Part shown: piece after piece, positions 57,426-64,000 of the stretch | How positions within the stretch are numbered: the first letter of the stretch is position 1 | How the letters are laid out: each line of letters begins with the position of its first letter | Assembly: GCA_049242865.1 (NCBI GenBank) | Contig: JBMLOR010000065.1 | Coordinates: 7,686-71,685 of the forward strand | Length of the DNA: 64,000 nucleotides | Reading direction: 5' to 3' | From: Chitinophagaceae bacterium | GTDB lineage: Bacteria > Bacteroidota > Bacteroidia > Chitinophagales > Chitinophagaceae | Program-made: the position numbers and the translations under genes | Notes under the pieces: generated by a model | Told to the model about the DNA's origin: nothing | The model's input: only the letters and a program-made list of their open reading frames with translations | Databases searched by the model: none

Positions 57426-59003
57426 CTATTTATATTGTGCAGTTAAACCTTTTGCTAACTCTACCATTTTGGCAAGGCTAGCATCATTTAATACACCTTT
57501 TTTAAATTCTGCTAAAACATCTGGCAATTTGTTTTGCATTTCAGTTAAGAAATGGTCTTCAAATGCTTTTACATTTTTTACAGCTACTTCTTTTAATAAA
57601 CCTTGTGTACCAAGATAAATAATAGCAACTTGTTTTTCTACTGTGAATGGTGTAAACTGTGGTTGTTTTAAGATTTCTACGTTACGAGCACCTTTATCAA
57701 TTACATTTTTAGTTGCAGCATCTAAATCTCCACCAAATTTAGAGAAAGCCTCAAGCTCTCTGTAAAGTGCTTGGTCAAGTTTTAAAGTACCCGCAACTTT
57801 TTTCATTGATTTAATTTGTGCATTACCACCCACACGGCTTACACTAATACCAACATTAATTGCTGGACGAATACCTGCATTAAACAAGTTACCTTCCAAG
57901 AAAATTTGACCGTCGGTAATAGAAATTACGTTTGTAGGAATATAAGCAGAAACGTCACCAGCTTGAGTTTCAATAATTGGCAATGCTGTTAAACTACCAC
58001 CACCTTTTACCAAATGCTTAATGCTATCTGGTAAATCGTTCATGTTTTTAGCAACATCATCATTATTAATCACTTTTGCAGCACGCTCTAACAAACGACT
58101 ATGCAAGTAGAATACGTCACCAGGATAAGCTTCACGTCCTGGAGGTCTTCTTAACAATAAAGAAACCTCACGATAAGCCACAGCTTGTTTACTTAAATCA
58201 TCATAAACAATTAAAGCCGGACGGCCAGTATCTCTAAAAAACTCACCAATTGCAGCTCCAGCAAATGGAGCATAGAATTGTTGAGGAGCAGGATCGCTTG
58301 CACTTGCACACACAATAGTTGTGTAAGCCATAGCACCATTTTCTTCTAAAGTTTTCATCACCCCAGCAACGGTACTTGCTTTTTGTCCAATAGCTACGTA
58401 TATACAATAAACTGGTTGACCAGCATCGTAAAACTCTCTTTGATTTATAATTGTATCAACACAAATGGCAGTTTTACCAGTTTGTCTATCACCAATTACT
58501 AGCTCTCTTTGACCACGACCTACAGGAATCATAGCATCGATAGCTTTAATACCAGTTTGTAAAGGCTCAGTAACTGGCTGACGATAAATTACGCCAGGAG
58601 CTTTTCTTTCCAAAGGCATTTCATAGGTTTCGCCAACTATTGGTCCTTTACCATCAATTGGTTCGCCCAAAGTATTAATTACACGTCCTACAACACCATC
58701 ACCTACTTTAATAGAAGCAATACGTCCAGTACGTTTTACTTTAGCACCTTCTTTAATACCTTCACTGCTACCCAATAATACCACACCCACGTTATCTTCT
58801 TCAAGGTTTAAGGCAATAGCACGTGTGCCATTTTCAAATTCTACTAGCTCACCACTGCCCACATTGTTTAATCCATAAACACGAGCAATACCATCACCTA
58901 CCTGAAGTACTGTACCTACTTCTTCTAGGCTAGCACCAGCATTAAAATTGCTTAATTGCTGTCTTAAAATCGCTGAAATTTCATCAGGTTTAATGTCTGC
59001 CAT
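57426..59003 (-). CDS. atpA: F1 ATP synthase subunit alpha
   Basis: 525 aa with Walker A GDRQTGKT. It is highly conserved throughout ([35 protein letters not shown]). Confidence 0.98.
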   Translation of the reverse strand: MADIKPDEISAILRQQLSNFNAGASLEEVGTVLQVGDGIARVYGLNNVGSGELVEFENGTRAIALNLEEDNVGVVLLGSSEGIKEGAKVKRTGRIASIKVGDGVVGRVINTLGEPIDGKGPIVGETYEMPLERKAPGVIYRQPVTEPLQTGIKAIDAMIPVGRGQRELVIGDRQTGKTAICVDTIINQREFYDAGQPVYCIYVAIGQKASTVAGVMKTLEENGAMAYTTIVCASASDPAPQQFYAPFAGAAIGEFFRDTGRPALIVYDDLSKQAVAYREVSLLLRRPPGREAYPGDVFYLHSRLLERAAKVINNDDVAKNMNDLPDSIKHLVKGGGSLTALPIIETQAGDVSAYIPTNVISITDGQIFLEGNLFNAGIRPAINVGISVSRVGGNAQIKSMKKVAGTLKLDQALYRELEAFSKFGGDLDAATKNVIDKGARNVEILKQPQFTPFTVEKQVAIIYLGTQGLLKEVAVKNVKAFEDHFLTEMQNKLPDVLAEFKKGVLNDASLAKMVELAKGLTAQYK

Positions 59004-59047
59004 ATTTCAATTATTAATTATTGTTAGTTATTATTCTTACTAGTAAA

Positions 59048-59611
59048 TTATCTTATCGAATTTACATAAATGTTTTTGCTAAATTGTGCTTTTATATCTC
59101 TCAAATCTCTTGCAATGCTAGCATCCACTAAATTATTATTAAATTCTAATACAAAACCTCCTATTAATTCTTCATCAACTTTTGTTTCAATTTCTACTTT
59201 ACCCAAACCGGCTTCTGTTGCAGCTTTTGTAGCAATACTATTTTTTAAATCATCGCTAATGGCTACAGCCGTTGTAAGTTTTACTTGATGAATGCCTTTA
59301 ATATCGTTATACTGTTGTACAAACGAATCTGCTATTTCTGGCAAATCTCCCTCTCTGCTTTTATTAATTAGTAAATTAACAAACAAATTTGTTAATTCAC
59401 TAACACGAGTTTTGGTAACAGCTTCTACAATTTTATTTTTTGTAGTTGAATTAATTATTGGACTTTGCAAAACTTGCACAAAATCTTTATTACTTCTACA
59501 AATAGATTGTAAAAATTTCATGTCGGCAATTGTAGTTTCCAATTGATTTTTTTCGATACTTAAATCAATTAAACTTTTTGCGTATCTATGTGCTAAACGT
59601 GGATTGGGCAT
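59048..59611 (-). CDS. atpH: F1 ATP synthase subunit delta (OSCP)
   Basis: 187 aa. It starts RLAHRYAKSLIDL, ends GGFVLEFNNNLVDASIARDL, and sits between atpF and atpA. Confidence 0.9.
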   Translation of the reverse strand: MPNPRLAHRYAKSLIDLSIEKNQLETTIADMKFLQSICRSNKDFVQVLQSPIINSTTKNKIVEAVTKTRVSELTNLFVNLLINKSREGDLPEIADSFVQQYNDIKGIHQVKLTTAVAISDDLKNSIATKAATEAGLGKVEIETKVDEELIGGFVLEFNNNLVDASIARDLRDIKAQFSKNIYVNSIR

Positions 59612-59618
59612 TTTTAAT

Positions 59619-59683
59619 AATTATGAATGTTGAATTATGAATGTTGAATTACTGTTTGAATTCTTAATTCATAACTCATAATT
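59619..59683. repeat. Tandem 14-nt repeat plus inverted copy in the atpF-atpH spacer
   Basis: AATTATGAATGTTG occurs at 59619-32 and again at 59633-46. The degenerate copy AATTACTGTTTG follows. AATTCATAACTCATAATT (59666-83) is an imperfect inverted copy; 15 of 18 positions can pair with 59633-50. Confidence 0.8.
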
Positions 59684-59684
59684 T

Positions 59685-60179
59685 TTAATTCAGCTTTACT
59701 GAGCTAGCTAATTCTTTGATATAATTTTCTTGTTCAGATTTGTTGCTTAACTCTCTTCTTAAAATTTTCTCGCTAACTTCAATTACTAAAGCTCCAACCT
59801 GATTTTTAACATCGGTTATTGCAGCATTTTTTTGTTGGTTTATGGCAACTTGTGCATCACCTACAATTCTATCGTATTCTGCCTTTGCTTTATCTTTAGC
59901 TTCAGCAACCATTTTATCTGCAGTTTCTTTAGCTTCTTTAATCATTGTAGCACGTTCTTCTCTAGCTTTTTGCATTAATGCTTCATTTTCGCTAGCCATT
60001 TGAGCCATTTCTGCTTTTAATTTATCGGCAGTGGCAATTGATGCTGCAATTCCTTCTTCTCTTTCTTTTAAAGTAGATAAAATTGGACCCCAAGCAAACT
60101 TTTTTAGGATAAGAAAAACAGTAATAAAGGCTAAGAATGTCCAAAACAAAAGACCTAAACCTGGTTGTAACAGTTGCAT
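59685..60179 (-). CDS. atpF: F0 ATP synthase subunit b
   Basis: 164 aa. A single N-terminal TM ([19 protein letters not shown]) is followed by a long charged helix. Confidence 0.9.
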   Translation of the reverse strand: MQLLQPGLGLLFWTFLAFITVFLILKKFAWGPILSTLKEREEGIAASIATADKLKAEMAQMASENEALMQKAREERATMIKEAKETADKMVAEAKDKAKAEYDRIVGDAQVAINQQKNAAITDVKNQVGALVIEVSEKILRRELSNKSEQENYIKELASSVKLN

Positions 60180-60209
60180 ATATAAATTTAAATAAGGTTT
60201 TTAATAATT

Positions 60210-60242
60210 AAAATGCCCATCGCCCTGTGCTTTGGGCATTTT
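60210..60242 (-). other. Intra-operon stem-loop immediately downstream of atpE
   Basis: AAAATGCCC (60210-18) pairs with GGGCATTTT (60234-42), 9 bp, around a 15-nt loop. It lies 19 bp after the atpE stop. The sequence following on the minus strand is only weakly U-rich. Confidence 0.55.
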
Positions 60243-60261
60243 AAAATCAGTAATTAGATGA

Positions 60262-60525
<264 letters not shown>

Positions 60526-60556
60526 TTATGAAAAAAACTTTTTATTAAAATTTTTA

Positions 60557-61672
60557 CTAGTGATGTGCGTGTGCTTCTTCTTCATGATGTTCACCTTCAA
60601 ATGCTTGACTAATAAACACTGCTGTTAAATTAGTAAAGATGAATGCTTGAATAAAAGCTACTAACACCTCAATAACATATATAAAAATTGTAAACGCTAA
60701 CGAAACTGGTGCAAAACCTAAACCTGCACCTATACTTAATTTAGAGAAAATAAAAATCATCATCACTAAACAAGTAATAATCATGTGGCCAGCTACCATA
60801 TTTGCAAATAACCTAATAATCAAAGCAAATGGTTTTGTAAATACTCCTAAAAATTCAACTATAATTAAAATTGGCTTTACAAATCCTGGCACAGGGGGAT
60901 TAAAAATATGACCCCAAAAATGTTTATTAGTACTTAATAAAATAGCTATAAAGCTAATTACTCCTAAAACTACTGTGAAAGCAATGTTACCTGTAACATT
61001 AGCTGTTCCTGGAATTAAACCAAATAAGTTACAAATCAAAATAAAGAAAAATACAGTGAGTAAATAAGGCATGTATTTCTCATATTTAGCACCTAAATTA
61101 CTTTTGCCAACTTCATCACGTATAAATGTAATTACTGGCTCTACGGCATTTTGAAAACCACTTGGAGCTTGTTTTGCACCTTGTTGTTTATACTTTTTGG
61201 CAATGTTCAACATTAAAACTACTAAAACAAAAAGTGATAAAAACATTTGTACTACATTTCTTGTAAGAGAAAAGTCGTACACTTTAGTTTCGGTTTTTTC
61301 GCCTTTTTCGTTAACTGCAACTATTTCGCCATGAACTAATTTAAAACCTTTGTATGCAGCATGACCATGCTCAAATCTACTACTCATGAAAGTTTGTAAT
61401 CCACCTTCTTTTGTATAAACAATAACTGGTAATGGGATAGATACAGGATGACCATTATAATCAAATAAATGATAATCATGATTGTCCATAATATGTTCCA
61501 TAATTACAGAACCAGGTTCAAAGTCACCTCCATTTTTTGGTTCAGCATGGTTATCATGAGTTTGGTGTGGTGCATTTGGGGTATGTGTAGTATCATCATT
61601 TGCAAAAACCCCAACGGTTAAAACCATTGAAAAACAAGCAGTTAATAAATATTTTAGGCTTCTGATCATCAT
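60557..61672 (-). CDS. atpB: F0 ATP synthase subunit a, with His-rich N-terminal extension and His-rich C-terminal tail
   Basis: Track ORF is 60557..61783. I start it at ATG 61672 (MMIRSLKYLLTACFSMVLTVGVFA), which removes the overlap with the divergent gene. The conserved Arg helix is IIRLFANMVAGHM. The tail is EGEHHEEEAHAHH. Confidence 0.9.
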   Translation of the reverse strand: MMIRSLKYLLTACFSMVLTVGVFANDDTTHTPNAPHQTHDNHAEPKNGGDFEPGSVIMEHIMDNHDYHLFDYNGHPVSIPLPVIVYTKEGGLQTFMSSRFEHGHAAYKGFKLVHGEIVAVNEKGEKTETKVYDFSLTRNVVQMFLSLFVLVVLMLNIAKKYKQQGAKQAPSGFQNAVEPVITFIRDEVGKSNLGAKYEKYMPYLLTVFFFILICNLFGLIPGTANVTGNIAFTVVLGVISFIAILLSTNKHFWGHIFNPPVPGFVKPILIIVEFLGVFTKPFALIIRLFANMVAGHMIITCLVMMIFIFSKLSIGAGLGFAPVSLAFTIFIYVIEVLVAFIQAFIFTNLTAVFISQAFEGEHHEEEAHAHH

Positions 61673-61757
61673 ATTCTTCCCAAATTTTCGGCAAAAGTAA
61701 GGGGTTGAAACTAATTTCAGGGCATCTTTACTTGGTTTTTTAAAAAGAAACATCTTT

Positions 61758-62564
61758 ATGTTGATTATTAAACCCAGCATCAAACTTTTATTAGGTCAAA
61801 AACTAGAACAATACAATCATATAGATTTTATAAGTAACGACCCAATTGCTATTCCACATCAATTTAGCAAAAAACAAGATATAGAAATTGCAGCTTTTTT
61901 TACAGCCATATTTTCTTGGGGTAATAGAAAAAATATCATTAATAGTGCCACTAAATTCATGAATTTAATGGAGCATCAGCCCTACGAATTTATAATGAAT
62001 GAAAAAAATAAAGCAAATTGGCTGCAAATATTTAAGCATTTTGCCCACCGAACTTTTAATGTTGAAGATGTTTTCACCTTTTTAAGTTTTTTAAAATACC
62101 ACTATTTAAATTTGGGTGAAGATAGCCTAGAAACAGCTTTTACAAAACATCTTAAATCCAACGATTTAACAGTTGAAAATGCTTTAAACGGATTTTACGA
62201 CTATTTTTTTAGTGAAGAAATTCATGGCTCTGACGCTAAACTTCGTAAAAAACATTTGGGAGCACCATTTAAAAAAAGTGCTTGCAAAAGAATCAATATG
62301 TTTTTAAGATGGATGGTAAGGCACGATAAACATGGTGTAGACTTTGGTTTATGGAAAAACATACAAACCTCTCAACTCATTATTCCCCTAGATGTTCATG
62401 TGCTAAACGTGGCAATTAGTCTTCAGCTTTTACCATCAAATGCCAAAGCAAATTGGGATAATGCTGTAGCACTTACAAATATTTTGAAACAATTAGATGC
62501 AGCTGACCCCGTAAAATATGATTATGCCTTATTTAGTTTAGGTGTAGTTGAGAAGATGAAATAG
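61758..62564 (+). CDS. TIGR02757 / DUF2400-like uncharacterised protein
   Basis: 268 aa. DPIAIPHQFSKKQDIEIAAFFTAIFSWGNRKNII and CKRINMFLRWMVR...DFGLW...LIIPLDVHV resemble this family as I remember it. Confidence 0.5.
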   Translation: MLIIKPSIKLLLGQKLEQYNHIDFISNDPIAIPHQFSKKQDIEIAAFFTAIFSWGNRKNIINSATKFMNLMEHQPYEFIMNEKNKANWLQIFKHFAHRTFNVEDVFTFLSFLKYHYLNLGEDSLETAFTKHLKSNDLTVENALNGFYDYFFSEEIHGSDAKLRKKHLGAPFKKSACKRINMFLRWMVRHDKHGVDFGLWKNIQTSQLIIPLDVHVLNVAISLQLLPSNAKANWDNAVALTNILKQLDAADPVKYDYALFSLGVVEKMK

Positions 62565-62568
62565 GAGA

Positions 62569-63600
62569 TTATTTTACACTTTTAACTTTTAATACACTAT
62601 TTGGACGAACAAACAAAACACCACTAATTACAACGCTATCTCCTACGTTTAGGCCTTTTGTAACTTGTATTCCATCGGCAGTTCTTAATCCTGTTACAAC
62701 ATTTACAAAATTTCCTTTTCCATTTTTTACAACAACCACTTTTTTACTTTTTGCTTCAGGAATAATGCAACTTGTTGGAATGATAATGCTAGTTTCAATG
62801 TTACTATATTGCGACAATAAAACCTTTACAAAACTACCTGCTAAAAGTTGACCTTCGTTTATAATAGCTCTAACTTTTAGGTTTCTGGTGGTTTCATTAA
62901 TTTCTGGTTCAGTAGCAATTATGGTTGCTGAAAGTTTTTTGTTATCAGCAACAAGTTGAACATTTTTTCCTCTTTGTATTTGGTTAGCATACTCTTCTGG
63001 CACACTAAAATCTACTTTAACTTTATTGGTTTGCAACAATGTTGTAATAATATTTTGTGGCGTTACATAAGCACCAGGACTAATTTTTCTTAAACCTAAA
63101 ATTCCATCAAAAGGTGCTTTAACAATGGTTTTATCAATATTCGCTAGTGTAATTTCAATATCAGCTTTTAAGTTGTTTAACTGGTTTAATGCTAAGTCAT
63201 AATCTGCTTGATTTATACCACTTACAGCTAATAATTTTCTTAAACGTTCTTCAGTTTTTAGTGCTAATTCGTGCTGAATTTTAAGCTTTTTAAGTTGGGC
63301 TTGTAAATCAGCATCATTAATTTTTGCAAGTACGGTTCCTTTTTTTACAGTTGCACCATCATTAACATTTAAGTAAGTAAGCCTTCCATTGGTTTCAGGA
63401 TGAATATCTAAGCTTTCATTAGGTAAAACAGAACCATTTACTTCGATATTGTTACTTACAGAAGTGTTTTTGGCAATCAAAACATCTACCATAACTGGAG
63501 GCTGTGTACTTGGCTTTGCAGCTATTTGGTTGTCTTTTGCTTTGTTTTTGCACGATACCATGCCAACAATTACTATAAAAAAAACGACGTTTTTAAACAT
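62569..63600 (-). CDS. Efflux-pump periplasmic adaptor (membrane fusion protein, HlyD/RND-MFP family) lipoprotein
   Basis: 343 aa with lipobox GMVSC. It has a lipoyl-like region (GATVKKGTVLAKIND), an alpha-hairpin (DLQAQLKKLKIQHELALKTEERLRKL...DYDLALNQLNNLKADIEI) and beta-barrel/MP domains. Confidence 0.75.
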   Translation of the reverse strand: MFKNVVFFIVIVGMVSCKNKAKDNQIAAKPSTQPPVMVDVLIAKNTSVSNNIEVNGSVLPNESLDIHPETNGRLTYLNVNDGATVKKGTVLAKINDADLQAQLKKLKIQHELALKTEERLRKLLAVSGINQADYDLALNQLNNLKADIEITLANIDKTIVKAPFDGILGLRKISPGAYVTPQNIITTLLQTNKVKVDFSVPEEYANQIQRGKNVQLVADNKKLSATIIATEPEINETTRNLKVRAIINEGQLLAGSFVKVLLSQYSNIETSIIIPTSCIIPEAKSKKVVVVKNGKGNFVNVVTGLRTADGIQVTKGLNVGDSVVISGVLFVRPNSVLKVKSVK

Positions 63601-63838
63601 GCTACATTTTTAAGTTGGTAAAATTAGCTTTATTAGTTTTTTGTTGCAGAATTTATTTGAGCAAATTATTTTTTGATGCAAAGGCAGCTAGTTAATTGGT
63701 AAACAAATGATTTTGCAAAAAACTTTTTTAATTCAAACGATTAATTACAGTGTAGAGTGTACACATTGTTTTTGTGAAAGCTAAAAAAGTTATTTTTTTG
63801 CAAAACTAACAAATGTAAGTTAGTTTAAAGATTAGCAT

Positions 63839-64000
63839 ATGTCAATACCATCATTCATAACGCTTTCTGCAAATCAAATACAACAGTTGGGTTTAGATAT
63901 TAACTCTAACATTCATTATCAATTATCGCCAGAAGAATTAGTTGAGCAAACAATTTTACGTGGCGAGGGTAAATTAAATAGCACTGGTGCATTATGCATA
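63839..64000 (+). CDS. pckA: Phosphoenolpyruvate carboxykinase (ATP), N-terminal 54 codons (runs off the window)
   Basis: Hand translation gives MSIPSFITLSANQIQQLGLDINSNIHYQLSPEELVEQTILRGEGKLNSTGALCI. The LSPEELVE..I.RGEG.L...GAL pattern matches PckA N-termini as I remember them. It is too short and edge-cut to appear in the track. Confidence 0.6.
   Translation, partial: MSIPSFITLSANQIQQLGLDINSNIHYQLSPEELVEQTILRGEGKLNSTGALCI

Noticed and set aside
61673-61783. N-terminal 37-codon extension of atpB in the track, overlapping the TIGR02757-like gene start
   Set aside because: The extension (MMLGLIINIKMFLFKKPSKDALKLVSTPYFCRKFGKN) precedes a much better start with a signal-like helix (MMIRSLKYLL...). 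It would also create a head-to-head overlap of divergent genes. Analogous over-extensions were trimmed for the TonB receptor, GNAT, arsR, chrA, the RsmI-like gene, greA, galT, the GntR regulator and the DUF6089-like gene.

Overview
This is an AT-rich chromosomal segment that looks like Bacteroidota. The signs are a SusC/SusD pair, CarboxypepD_reg-type TonB receptors, an Ig-module surface protein, an N-terminally extended AtpB and a TAnnTTTG-type promoter box before the tRNA. I count 55 protein-coding genes (two cut by the window edges) and one tRNA(CAU). I recognise no rRNA, CRISPR array, transposase, integrase, phage, restriction-modification or toxin-antitoxin gene. Most of the window is housekeeping: alaS, gcvT, greA, asd, an hbd-like gene, a Leloir operon galM-galK-galT with a divergent GntR regulator, queG, an IMPase, nadK, atpB-E-F-H-A and the start of pckA. 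Five parts are less ordinary. (1) A circularly permuted ATP-grasp / alpha-E / transglutaminase cassette (9968-13428) whose first intergenic spacer is built of short tandem repeats. (2) A pump-less ars-like operon (13441-15162) of arsR, a DUF6428-like Cys-tailed protein, a PAT-type GNAT and an LMW-PTP arsC, with a perfect 16-bp palindrome at its promoter. (3) An ECF sigma factor tightly coupled to a membrane-anchored protein with a beta-barrel-like C-terminus, plus a lipoprotein (25942-29088). (4) Tandem DUF3857/transglutaminase-like/DUF3858-type paralogues, one with and one without the catalytic Cys/His (47433-51362). (5) An orphan SusC/D pair, an orphan RND-type adaptor, a stand-alone HerA-like ATPase, and an atp operon that stops after atpA and carries structured repeats between cistrons. 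I do not see a clear-cut defence island or mobile element. The best candidate for a functionally uncharacterised system is (1), then (3) and (2). All family calls come from reading motifs in the supplied translations and in the DNA by eye; none has been verified by a database search.
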